A stretch of 33,455 nt of DNA from an uncultured Methanosarcinales archaeon (GTDB taxonomy: Archaea > Nanobdellota > Nanobdellia > Woesearchaeales > CAZOXR01): positions 1 through 33,455 of the forward strand of contig CAZMIO010000012.1 in the NCBI GenBank assembly GCA_964566535.1. The letters are read 5' to 3'. Shown here piece after piece: positions 9,854 through 19,313 of the stretch. The notes beneath the pieces were generated by a model. The model was given only the letters and a program-made list of their open reading frames with translations. It made no database searches and was not told the origin of the DNA. The position numbers and the translations under genes were made by a program. The first letter of the stretch is position 1. Each line of letters starts with the position of its first letter.

Positions 9854-11245
9854 ATGAACGTCTTTTTCGTAATACCTGATATAAAAGGAGTGTTAGCACG
9901 TCCCACATCTCCTCATGTTGGAACAGCTTATCTAGCTGCAGTTCTACTAAAAAATAACCACAAAGTAAAAATCCTGGACATGAGATTAGGCTACGATGAA
10001 CATAATCTTCTAAAAGAACTAAAAGAATTCAACCCAGACCTAGTTTGCGTAACTTGCGTAAGCATGCATTACAAGCACACCTACTACTTAATAAACAAAA
10101 TAAAAGAAAATAATTTCAAAGTATGCGTCGGAGGGCCTCACGTCTCAACAACAAAAACGAAAATCCTAGAACAGTGCAAAGCAGACTTCGCAGTTAAAGG
10201 CGAAGCAGAAGAAACATTAGTTGAAATATGCGAAAATAAAAGCCTAAAAGACCTCAAAGGAGTAATATGGAGAGACAACACCCAAATCATTGAAAACGAA
10301 GACAGACCACTAATCCACGACCTAAACAAACTTCCATTCCCAGCATTCCAATTATTTGAACTAGACCAATACATCGATAAAAAGCTCCCAATAGTATCAT
10401 CAAGAGGATGTCCATACGGCTGCACTTACTGCTCAATAAAACTAACAATGGGCAGAGGCTTCAGACCAAGATCAGCAGAAAATGTTGTCAACGAATTAGA
10501 ACATTGGAACAAGCAATACAACTACACCTACTTCGGAATTAATGATGATTGTTTCAGCCTGGACCTAGACAGAGCAAAAAGAATCTGCGACCTAATCATA
10601 GAAAGAAACCTAAAGATAAAATGGGAAATCAGAAATGGGATCCGTGTTGACAGAGTAGACGAAGAACTCCTAACTAAGATGAAAAAAGCAGGCTGCTTCT
10701 ACATAGCATTTGGAGTCGAATCCGCTAATCAAGATGTTATCGACAAGATGAAAAAATCAATCACACCAGAAAAAGCAAAAGAAGCAATATTATTAGCAAA
10801 CAAAGTAGGAATAAAGAAAGGGGCATTCTTCATAATAGGCCTTCCAGGTGAAGACTTCAATAAATTTAAAAATTCATTAAGATTTGCCCTCTCATTACCA
10901 TTGGACGAACTAAGGTTTTATAACCCAATACCTTTCCCAGGAACAGAACTCATGGAGTGGGTAAAAACTAACGGCAAATTCATAATCGAACCAGAAGTTT
11001 ACCTTAATGAAATTGGCTCATTAGACAATCAGCCAATCTTTGAAACGGATAACTTCCCAATAGCTCAAAGAAAAAAAGCATACAATATTGCAGAAAGCTA
11101 CGTCATGAAATACCTCATGAAATCAGAATTCGGACCATTCATAGGAACAATTGGATGGATTGTATGGAAACCAAAGCTAACTAGAAAATTCATCTTCGAG
11201 TACGGGAAAAAACTATGGTCATTAAAGAGGAAATTTGCAAAATGA
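9854..11245 (+). CDS. Cobalamin-binding-domain radical SAM protein
   Basis: N-terminal B12-binding-type region (PHVGTAYLAAVL, VGGPHVS, GEAEET), SRGCPYGCTYC, GVESAN, IIGLPGE, PFPGT. Confidence 0.9.
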   Translation: MNVFFVIPDIKGVLARPTSPHVGTAYLAAVLLKNNHKVKILDMRLGYDEHNLLKELKEFNPDLVCVTCVSMHYKHTYYLINKIKENNFKVCVGGPHVSTTKTKILEQCKADFAVKGEAEETLVEICENKSLKDLKGVIWRDNTQIIENEDRPLIHDLNKLPFPAFQLFELDQYIDKKLPIVSSRGCPYGCTYCSIKLTMGRGFRPRSAENVVNELEHWNKQYNYTYFGINDDCFSLDLDRAKRICDLIIERNLKIKWEIRNGIRVDRVDEELLTKMKKAGCFYIAFGVESANQDVIDKMKKSITPEKAKEAILLANKVGIKKGAFFIIGLPGEDFNKFKNSLRFALSLPLDELRFYNPIPFPGTELMEWVKTNGKFIIEPEVYLNEIGSLDNQPIFETDNFPIAQRKKAYNIAESYVMKYLMKSEFGPFIGTIGWIVWKPKLTRKFIFEYGKKLWSLKRKFAK

Positions 11246-12669
11246 AAGTATTATTTGTACAGCCAAGAGACTTGGCAATGACTTATTCGCCAAAACGCCC
11301 TATTATGGGACTAGCAATATTAGCTGCAATCTTAGAAAAAGAGAACATCAAAGTAAAGGTACTAGACATGCGCCTAAAAGATTACTCAACAACTTCCCAT
11401 TTCAAAAGTCTACTAAAAAGTTTCCAACCAGACGTAGTAGGATTTACAGTAGCACCTCTAACAAAAACATACATATTCGAGCTGGCAAAAATAGTAAAAA
11501 ACAAGACGTCAGCAATAACATTAGCAGGAGGCTCCGAAGTCAACCTACTTCCTAATAAGATACTAGAAAACGAATTCATAGACTTCATAATCCACGGAGA
11601 AGCAGAATATTCTCTCCCAGAATTCCTAAAAAGATACAAAAACAACTCAGATTGGAAAAAAACAAACGGCCTAGGCTACAAAGAAAATAACAAACAAAAA
11701 ATAAATCCTAGAAAAGACGTAGAAGACTTAAACAAACTACCTCGCCCATCATGGGACCACTTTCCACTAAAAAAATACAACAAAAACATATCAAAGATCA
11801 AATATCCCATCCTCACTTCAAGAGGGTGTCCATATAAATGCATCTACTGCGTTGCCCCAAAAACACAGGGCAAATACAGGATGAGATCAGCAAAAAACGT
11901 AGTTGACGAAATAGAGTGGCTAAAAGACAAATACAAGATAACTTCTTTCCAAGTCTCAGACGATAACTTCGCACTAGACAAACAGCGTGTAATAAACATC
12001 TGCGACGAACTAATAAACAGAAACCTAAAACTAAAGTGGAGCATCTGCGAAGGATTCGTTGCATCACACGCTGACTACCAATTATTCAAAAAAATGAAAG
12101 AAGCAGGCTGCTACTTAGTAGCCATTGGAGTAGAATCAATCGACCCAGAAATATTAAAGAATATAAAAAAGCCATCTAACTTAGAGCATATGAAATATGC
12201 ATTCAAAGCAGCAAAAAAAGCAGGTCTAATAACAAAAGGATTCTTCATCTGTGGACTACCTGGAGCAACCTATGAAAAAGAGATGGAATACATCAAATTC
12301 TTCAAAGAAACAGACATCGACATCCCAAAGTTCAGCAACACTTTAGTATATCCAAAAACAGAACTATCTGACTGGGCTAAAAATAATTCAAGAATCTTAG
12401 TAAAAAACATGGATGACATCCACAACCAACTCTCACAGACAACAGGCTCACTAAAAAACCTTGACGTTATAGACATCATCTATGAAACAGATGACTTCTC
12501 AAAAGAAGAAAGAATTAAATCATACCTAAAATGTCTTGATGAAGCAGACAAATGGGCATTACAAAAAATATTCGGGAAATTTCCAGGGTATATTGCATGG
12601 CACTTTTCAAAAATAACAGTAATTAGAAAAATTGGAGAAAAATTATTAGACTATACAAATAAAATCTAA
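11242..12669 (+). CDS. Cobalamin-binding-domain radical SAM protein
   Basis: PIMGLAILAAIL, GEAEYS, SRGCPYKCIYC, DDNF, GVESID, ICGLPG. Start placed at 11242 (MKVLFVQP), an ATGA overlap with the upstream stop. Confidence 0.9.
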   Translation: MKVLFVQPRDLAMTYSPKRPIMGLAILAAILEKENIKVKVLDMRLKDYSTTSHFKSLLKSFQPDVVGFTVAPLTKTYIFELAKIVKNKTSAITLAGGSEVNLLPNKILENEFIDFIIHGEAEYSLPEFLKRYKNNSDWKKTNGLGYKENNKQKINPRKDVEDLNKLPRPSWDHFPLKKYNKNISKIKYPILTSRGCPYKCIYCVAPKTQGKYRMRSAKNVVDEIEWLKDKYKITSFQVSDDNFALDKQRVINICDELINRNLKLKWSICEGFVASHADYQLFKKMKEAGCYLVAIGVESIDPEILKNIKKPSNLEHMKYAFKAAKKAGLITKGFFICGLPGATYEKEMEYIKFFKETDIDIPKFSNTLVYPKTELSDWAKNNSRILVKNMDDIHNQLSQTTGSLKNLDVIDIIYETDDFSKEERIKSYLKCLDEADKWALQKIFGKFPGYIAWHFSKITVIRKIGEKLLDYTNKI

Positions 12670-12671
12670 AA

Positions 12672-13757
12672 ATGAATAAAAGAAAATTACTCAATCTGGC
12701 ACACGCAACATACTCTGAACTAGTTTACAGGGCACCAGAAGGCCTCGCCCCCCCACCTCCATTAATAGTTTGGGAAATATCAAATAAATGCAACTTAAAA
12801 TGCTCAATGTGCGCCCTTTTCGGAGACAATAAGATTGACTTAGTAAAAGGCAACGAACTATCATTAGACGAAATAAAGAACATAATAAACAGCTTAGAAG
12901 AGTCCTACAAATTCTTGCCTTACAAGCCATTCATAGGCATAACTGGTGGAGAGCCATTTATGAAAAGGGACATCATAGAAGTCTTCAACTACTTAAAAAA
13001 GAAAAATTTCAAGTTCAGCATAACGACAAATTTCTCAATCCCAACTAAAAAACAAATCTCAGATTTAATAGATTCAGGAATCCAGGACTTAAGGGTATCA
13101 ATTGACGGCCCAGAAGATATCCATAATAAGATCAGGGGGGTAAATATATTCAAAAGAGTAATAGACAACCTAAAATTTGTCAGATCACATAAAAAAGGAA
13201 AAGATCTGCCGATAAAACTTAACTGCACAATCTCAAGGGCCAACATGCACCACATCCAAGAACTGATAGGTATCGCAAGTGAACTAAAAGCAGACCTAAG
13301 CTACCAATTCCTTGAATTTGTCGACGATAAACATTTTCATGCACACAGTAAGGTAAGTATATCTAAACTAGGGGCATACTATCCAACAAAGGTTGACCGT
13401 GGAACATTAAACAAAGAAGAAACAGAAACAATCATCACCCAACTAAACAAAGCAAAAAAATTAGCAGAAGAAAAAGGAGTAAAACTACTATTCACTCCAG
13501 ACATAACAGATAACAACGAAATAAGGGAATACCACTTAAATATTAATTACCTTCATACAGATGCCTGCAAGTTCCCTTGGGGGGCAGCAAGAATTAACTC
13601 TTATGGAGACGTATTCCCATGCATTGACTACATCTACGGCAACCTAAGAAAAAGCAGCTTCTCAAAAGTGTGGAACAACAAAAGGGCAAGATATTTCAGA
13701 AGAACATTAAAGAAATCAAAATTATTCCCTGGCTGCATCAGATGCTGCAAGATTTAA
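12672..13757 (+). CDS. Radical SAM protein with SPASM/twitch domain
   Basis: CNLKCSMC, ITGGEPF, SIDG, C-terminal CKFPW...GDVFPC...GNL...CIRCC. Confidence 0.9.
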   Translation: MNKRKLLNLAHATYSELVYRAPEGLAPPPPLIVWEISNKCNLKCSMCALFGDNKIDLVKGNELSLDEIKNIINSLEESYKFLPYKPFIGITGGEPFMKRDIIEVFNYLKKKNFKFSITTNFSIPTKKQISDLIDSGIQDLRVSIDGPEDIHNKIRGVNIFKRVIDNLKFVRSHKKGKDLPIKLNCTISRANMHHIQELIGIASELKADLSYQFLEFVDDKHFHAHSKVSISKLGAYYPTKVDRGTLNKEETETIITQLNKAKKLAEEKGVKLLFTPDITDNNEIREYHLNINYLHTDACKFPWGAARINSYGDVFPCIDYIYGNLRKSSFSKVWNNKRARYFRRTLKKSKLFPGCIRCCKI

Positions 13758-14678
13758 CTCCTCAATCTTCTTCTTATCCAATTTAACAAAAGAAAAAATG
13801 AAAGCAGCAAAGATATAGCTTATCACAGTAAATATCAGAAACACACTAACAACTACTGAGGCAGAAACACCAATCTGGCCAAACAGCAAAACAGCAGCAG
13901 ACTCCTTAACACCCAACCCTGAAATTGAGATTGGAATCAAACTAATGATTATAGTAGTAGATGTAACCAAAAGAACATAATAGAAATCAATACTAACACC
14001 AAATGCCAAGAAAAGTAGAGATATAATAACTGCATTCAACACCCATTTAATAAATGTCAGAAAAAAATTAATCAATAAGACCTTCTTTTTTTTCTTAAAA
14101 TAAAAGAAAAATGTTTCTGAAAAACCCTTAAATTTATCTGCAAACTTTCTCAAAATGAATTTCTTAATGAGCCCCCTCCCCATTTCAGTCACTATAAAAA
14201 ACAAGAACAACAAAAACCCTACAAACAGAAACCCAACTAACTTAACAACTTCAGCAGCAGTAAAGAAAACAAAAAATGCAGCTATTGTCAAAAACGATAA
14301 AGTTACTGCTGTTATTAGCTTGTCTATAACAGCAACTACAGTTCCTTTCCCAATATCAATATCTTCTTTCCTCAAAAAATAGATAAGGGAAAACTCCCCC
14401 AACCTACCAGGAACAAAAAGCCCAACTGACCAGCTCAGGATATAATATTTCAACAACTTAAAAAAAGAAATCTTCTTAATCCCATCAATAAGTAACTTCA
14501 AATTAAGCGTAGCAATAAAAAAAGGGATAAAGTTAACCACAATAACAACAAAAAGAAAAGACAGATTGATAGATATCAATGTCTCATAAATTTCCTTAAC
14601 CCCTACCTTATAGATTAAGATAGCTAGTATCAGTACCCCCAACAACAATCTGAAAATTGTCGACAATTTTTTTTTCAT
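13722..14678 (-). CDS. Lysylphosphatidylglycerol-synthase TM region / UPF0104 membrane protein (putative lipid-linked sugar flippase)
   Basis: About eight hydrophobic segments with family motifs FVPGRLGE, DKLI and IPISISGLGVKE. Confidence 0.82.
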   Translation of the reverse strand: MKKKLSTIFRLLLGVLILAILIYKVGVKEIYETLISINLSFLFVVIVVNFIPFFIATLNLKLLIDGIKKISFFKLLKYYILSWSVGLFVPGRLGEFSLIYFLRKEDIDIGKGTVVAVIDKLITAVTLSFLTIAAFFVFFTAAEVVKLVGFLFVGFLLFLFFIVTEMGRGLIKKFILRKFADKFKGFSETFFFYFKKKKKVLLINFFLTFIKWVLNAVIISLLFLAFGVSIDFYYVLLVTSTTIIISLIPISISGLGVKESAAVLLFGQIGVSASVVVSVFLIFTVISYIFAAFIFSFVKLDKKKIEELNLAASDAARE

Positions 14679-14683
14679 TTTAT

Positions 14684-16291
14684 TTAACTCTCTTCAATTT
14701 TATACAACTCATATTTCTCATTTACCAAAAAAGGTATAAATGGATAAAACGGCCTTATCTCAATTGAAAACTCATCCTTATCCAATTCATAAGTAGAATT
14801 AATATCATTTAATATATAACTTGTTGTATACCTAATAGACCATCCATCTTCAAAATTCTCTTTGGGCGCCGTTCTAATCTCAGTCATCCCTCCTGCCCCT
14901 TTATCGATGAACAAATACAAATCTAGACCCTGATCCAATAACTCCTCTATCACTGGACCAAACTCCTCTAAATTATAATTAAATGGCCTAATCGTAGTCC
15001 TGTTACCATACAACTCAGAGCCAATACTCTTATCATAAGTATAAGTTATAACAATCGATCCAGGTTCGGTCAGCTCATTTACTTTCTCCCCAATAAGAGC
15101 AGTTCTTTCAGACGTATACTTAAATGCACCCAACTGAACAAACCCTACAAGAAAGCTAACCACGACCACAGCAACTAACACCCACTTACCTTTATTCCAA
15201 TTAATCTTCTCAAAAATATAAGCAGTACTAAACAAAATCAAAAGAGGAAAAATAGGCAGTACAAATCTTATAAAATTCCACACCTCATACACTAACCATG
15301 GATAGGCAGAATATACCAAAAGATAAACAGAACTAATCAAAATTGTCAAAACCCATAATAACCTTCTTTGTTTTGGCCCAACTCTAAGTGAGGGCACCAC
15401 AAGTAACGATAAAACCGGAATCTCAATCAACAACCCCAATAAATAAAATGGCAAATTCTTTACCAAATTAAATAGACCAAATGAATTCTGAAAATCTCTA
15501 CCTACATTTAAAGCATACCCAGTAGTAAAATAATCTCCAAACAGTAACTTATTCCCAAATAATATGACTGTAACTGTCAAAAACAAAAACGCAGAATAAA
15601 TAACAAACAATTTCCATCTACCTTTCAACTTAACCTTAATAAACTTCTCAGATAATATCACCAAAAAAATAGAAAAAAACACCAGCACATTCGTATACCT
15701 TATCAAAACAGAATAACTCAAAAACAATGCTGAAATGACTCCATTAACAACTTCCCCCCTATCCTGACTTCTCAGAAAAAAGTACAAACCAATAAGGACA
15801 AAAACAGCAGAACTAACTTCAGAATAAGACGACTCAACAAAATTCCAATAAATAGGATTAATAACAAGAAACAAACAAGAAAAAAGCGCAATCTTTCTAT
15901 TAAAAAACCGAGCCCCTAACAGATACATAAAAACAGCACCTAAACTACCAATAATGGGATTCGCAATAAACATACCAACGTCCCCAAAAAATCCATAAAA
16001 CAATGCAAAAATTATTGGCCACCCCCAGGAATAGACTGGAATAATCTGATCTAATGGATTAACAGCAAATAACCTCGGCGCAAGAAATTTTGTAGGAATC
16101 CCTAAATCATTAATCATAAACGGAGATTCAAAATTAGCTATCTTCATCGCAAGATACGTATAACTAAACTCATCCGCAGCCCCAATATAATGGGGAGTTC
16201 TAAAAATAAGAAAAAAGACCAACGACAGCACAAAGAGTATCACAACTCTAAAAAATTCATCTTTCAAACCATCTCTTAAATCATTCCCCAT
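14684..16291 (-). CDS. Multi-pass GT-C fold glycosyltransferase (ArnT/PMT_2-like)
   Basis: ADEFSY after the first TM, YSWGWP, YSEV, LIRYTN, RFVLP, many TM segments, soluble C-terminal domain. Confidence 0.78.
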   Translation of the reverse strand: MGNDLRDGLKDEFFRVVILFVLSLVFFLIFRTPHYIGAADEFSYTYLAMKIANFESPFMINDLGIPTKFLAPRLFAVNPLDQIIPVYSWGWPIIFALFYGFFGDVGMFIANPIIGSLGAVFMYLLGARFFNRKIALFSCLFLVINPIYWNFVESSYSEVSSAVFVLIGLYFFLRSQDRGEVVNGVISALFLSYSVLIRYTNVLVFFSIFLVILSEKFIKVKLKGRWKLFVIYSAFLFLTVTVILFGNKLLFGDYFTTGYALNVGRDFQNSFGLFNLVKNLPFYLLGLLIEIPVLSLLVVPSLRVGPKQRRLLWVLTILISSVYLLVYSAYPWLVYEVWNFIRFVLPIFPLLILFSTAYIFEKINWNKGKWVLVAVVVVSFLVGFVQLGAFKYTSERTALIGEKVNELTEPGSIVITYTYDKSIGSELYGNRTTIRPFNYNLEEFGPVIEELLDQGLDLYLFIDKGAGGMTEIRTAPKENFEDGWSIRYTTSYILNDINSTYELDKDEFSIEIRPFYPFIPFLVNEKYELYKIEES

Positions 16292-16313
16292 ACTAAAAAA
16301 GCAAATATAATCC

Positions 16314-16361
16314 CTTATAAATATCTTATTAATACCAAATAGATTACAAAACCTTTATATA
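16314..16361. promoter_or_regulatory. Divergent pair of TATA boxes
   Basis: TTTATAAG on minus (16314-16321) 22 nt before ATG 16291; TTTATATA on plus (16354-16361) 23 nt before ATG 16385. Confidence 0.55.
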
Positions 16362-16384
16362 AATCTTCTATCTGCCAAAATAAA

Positions 16385-17080
16385 ATGAAATTATCAGTAA
16401 TAATCCCTGTATTCAATGAAGAAAAAACATTAAAGCAAATAATTGACAAAGTAGGCCAAGTTCCAATAGACAAAGAGATAATTATTGTAGATGACTTCTC
16501 TACAGACAACACAAAAAACATTCTTAACGACTTAGAAATAAACAGAAACATCAAAATATTCCACCACTCACAAAACCAAGGCAAAGGAGCAGCTGTCAGA
16601 ACAGGAATTAGCCATGCAACTGGAGATATCATAATAATCCAAGACGCAGACTTAGAGTACAACCCAGAAGAATACACCAAACTAATAAAACCAATAGAAG
16701 AAAACAAAACTAAAGTAGTATATGGCTCAAGATTTCTAAAAAGGAACATTACCTCAAAACAAAAGTGGGCAATCCCCTTGCACTTCATTGGAAACACTCT
16801 CTTGTCAACAATAACAACAGTCTTATTCCAAAAAAGAATCACCGATATGGAAACATGTTACAAAGTATTCAAGAGCGAAGTTCTCTCAAATATAAGTCTG
16901 GAATCAAGTGGCTTTGACATCGAACCAGAGATAACCGCAAAACTTCTAAGAAATAAGATCAACATAGTTGAGATTCCAATTGACTATTCACCCAGATCAT
17001 TCAAAGAAGGTAAAAAAATAAACTGGGTAGATGGTATCAAAGCAGTTAAAACATTAATTAAATACAAGTTTGTGAGATAG
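16385..17080 (+). CDS. GT2 glycosyltransferase, DPM-synthase-like
   Basis: [56 protein letters not shown]. Confidence 0.92.
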   Translation: MKLSVIIPVFNEEKTLKQIIDKVGQVPIDKEIIIVDDFSTDNTKNILNDLEINRNIKIFHHSQNQGKGAAVRTGISHATGDIIIIQDADLEYNPEEYTKLIKPIEENKTKVVYGSRFLKRNITSKQKWAIPLHFIGNTLLSTITTVLFQKRITDMETCYKVFKSEVLSNISLESSGFDIEPEITAKLLRNKINIVEIPIDYSPRSFKEGKKINWVDGIKAVKTLIKYKFVR

Positions 17081-17127
17081 ACAACCTATCTGTTCATAAA
17101 TATTTCATCATTGGGAAGTTGGGAAAT

Positions 17128-17982
17128 TTATTTTAGCCTAAAAATATCATCCAGATCATCCCAAATATTTGAAGAGATTTTATAAGAATTATCTTCTAAC
17201 GGACTTATCCTATCTATTGCAAAACCATCAACATCAAATGGGATAATATTTTTGAATAATTTCAATAGTCTTATCGGTACATGTACTCTTATGAATCCCC
17301 TCCCCTCATGTTCCTCAATATAATCAGCAACATCACTTACAGATATAGCAGTCTTGCCAGATATATCTATTATAGACCCGGAACTAAACTCCTTAACAAA
17401 ATCGACAGTCATATCCCCAATATCTTTTTTGTTGATCGGCTGAATTTTGTTATTACCTTTTCCGATTATAGGACAAATTCTTATTTTTCTTATAATGTTC
17501 CTCAATTTGTAGAAATTGTTTTGTTTATCAATTCCATACACATAATTGGGTCTTATGACCATATAATCTAAATCACTATTCAGGATTATTCTCTCACATT
17601 GCTTCTTGGAGTTGCCATATGGACCTGTTTTTGAGATATGTACATTTTGTGTCGAGAAGTAAATAATCTTCTTTGTTTTATTTAGGTGCATAGCATCTAC
17701 GATGTTCTCCACACCTCTAGCATTCTCCCTATATCTTGATTTATTAACGCTCTGTACAATGGCTGCAAGGTATATAACAATATCAAACCCTTTCACTTTA
17801 CTTGCAAGAAATTTTTTGTCTAAAACACTTCCTTTGATAAACCTGATAGGATTAACTTGCGCATTCTTTCGAGAATTTCTGGAAAGGACAGTTACTTCAT
17901 ATTTCTCCGCTATTAGTCTCGTAACTATTTCCCTACCGATATACCCAAATCCACCTATGACCAAAATTCTCTTATTTTCCAT
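17128..17982 (-). CDS. NAD(P)-dependent SDR / nucleoside-diphosphate-sugar epimerase (atypical SDR-like)
   Basis: IGGFGYIG, YLAA, YGNSK, IRPNYVYG; its start overlaps the 3' end of the upstream radical SAM gene. Confidence 0.85.
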   Translation of the reverse strand: MENKRILVIGGFGYIGREIVTRLIAEKYEVTVLSRNSRKNAQVNPIRFIKGSVLDKKFLASKVKGFDIVIYLAAIVQSVNKSRYRENARGVENIVDAMHLNKTKKIIYFSTQNVHISKTGPYGNSKKQCERIILNSDLDYMVIRPNYVYGIDKQNNFYKLRNIIRKIRICPIIGKGNNKIQPINKKDIGDMTVDFVKEFSSGSIIDISGKTAISVSDVADYIEEHEGRGFIRVHVPIRLLKLFKNIIPFDVDGFAIDRISPLEDNSYKISSNIWDDLDDIFRLK

Positions 17983-19313
17983 TTTATGACCATCAAAAAA
18001 TAAGAAGGCCTAAAATAGTACCTTCTCAAAGCCAAATTAAGAAGGTTCTTAACTCCCATCTGACTTAGATTCTTGTGCTTATGAACTAGATTAAATTGAG
18101 TATACTTCTCAAGATCTCTCTCGACAACCCTATCTTCTCCTGACAACTGCTCATAGAATCCAGTGCCAGGATAAGGAGTAGCAACAGCAAACCTTGCTAA
18201 AAAAGTGTTAAGTTTTATTGCATAATCAACCATCTTATGTATTGACTTTCTCGTATCTCCTTCGTATGCAAGAATATAAAATGCAGATAGCTTCACCCCA
18301 AGCTTCTTACAAAACTCAATTATTCTTTCCTGATGCTCAATCTCAACCAACTTTCGTCTATTACTTTTGGCAATTTCAACATCATTAGTTTCTATCCCAA
18401 TATTAATATTTCTTAATCCCACTTTATACATCTGTAAAATGTTCTCCTCACTAATCAAATCAAGCCTAGTTTCTATCCCCCATTCAACCTCTACTCTTTT
18501 ATCATTTAACTCTCTGCAAAACCCATCAATGAATCCCTTAACCACTCCAAATGTAGGGTCTCTAAATTGCACTCCCAAAACCCCATACCTCTTCTGGATA
18601 TAGATAATATCATCAACAACCTTCTCAGGAGACCTACATCTAACCTTGGATCCTTGTCCTTCACCATAAACACAATAATGGCTGCATGAGTAAGGGCACC
18701 CTTTACTTGCTTGCAGTGCCAAAAAAGGCTTCTTGGAAATTGCAGGAGAATAACTATACTCTTCAATTGGAAACCCATCAAAATTAGGACTCGGAAATTT
18801 GTCAATATCAGTAGAAGAATTTACTTCAACTCTACCCTTCATCTGATAAATATCTTCAAACTCATCAATAAAAAAAGATTCTGCTTCTCCAACCACTACA
18901 AAATCACCACTACTAAACAATTCTGGCATAACAGAAGGAAAAGGCCCAATAAATCCGACCTTCGCTTCAGGAAATTCCCCTTTCAACATCTCACATATCC
19001 TATTCTCATTTCTATAATCTACAATTGTCCCATAGATAAGAATTAGATCAAACTCATTCTTAGGCAGCCTACCTTCAAAATACCTAACCTTGTGCCCTTG
19101 TTCCTTAAAAATAGCCTGTAACGTAGCAAGCCCCACAATGGGAAGCTTAACAGATTTCTTCTTAACCAATCTAATCATCGAAGAAAATATAGACCCTCCA
19201 TAATCATCAGCAGTTCCAAAACCCCCATTAAGGTCCTTATTCATTGCATATTTCTTTCTCTTATTTAAAACATTAACAATTGCAATATTCAATTTATTAG
19301 AGAATTTGTTCAT
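17955..19313 (-). CDS. Radical SAM protein with degenerate B12-binding-type N-terminus and CX3CX3C motif
   Basis: IGPFPS, GEAE, SKGCPYSCSHYC, FRDPTF, ETRLD, GIET, TPYPGT; ATGA overlap with the upstream GT2. Confidence 0.85.
   Translation of the reverse strand: MNKFSNKLNIAIVNVLNKRKKYAMNKDLNGGFGTADDYGGSIFSSMIRLVKKKSVKLPIVGLATLQAIFKEQGHKVRYFEGRLPKNEFDLILIYGTIVDYRNENRICEMLKGEFPEAKVGFIGPFPSVMPELFSSGDFVVVGEAESFFIDEFEDIYQMKGRVEVNSSTDIDKFPSPNFDGFPIEEYSYSPAISKKPFLALQASKGCPYSCSHYCVYGEGQGSKVRCRSPEKVVDDIIYIQKRYGVLGVQFRDPTFGVVKGFIDGFCRELNDKRVEVEWGIETRLDLISEENILQMYKVGLRNINIGIETNDVEIAKSNRRKLVEIEHQERIIEFCKKLGVKLSAFYILAYEGDTRKSIHKMVDYAIKLNTFLARFAVATPYPGTGFYEQLSGEDRVVERDLEKYTQFNLVHKHKNLSQMGVKNLLNLALRRYYFRPSYFLMVIKWKIREFWS

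Noticed and set aside
11215..11241. Upstream start for the second radical SAM
   Set aside because: MKVLFVQP at 11242 matches the family's first beta-strand and gives a typical ATGA coupling.
14667..14675. A9 run right after the start codon of the flippase-like gene as a phase-variation tract
   Set aside because: Poly-A runs encoding Lys are common throughout this AT-rich sequence, and MKKK starts are ordinary.
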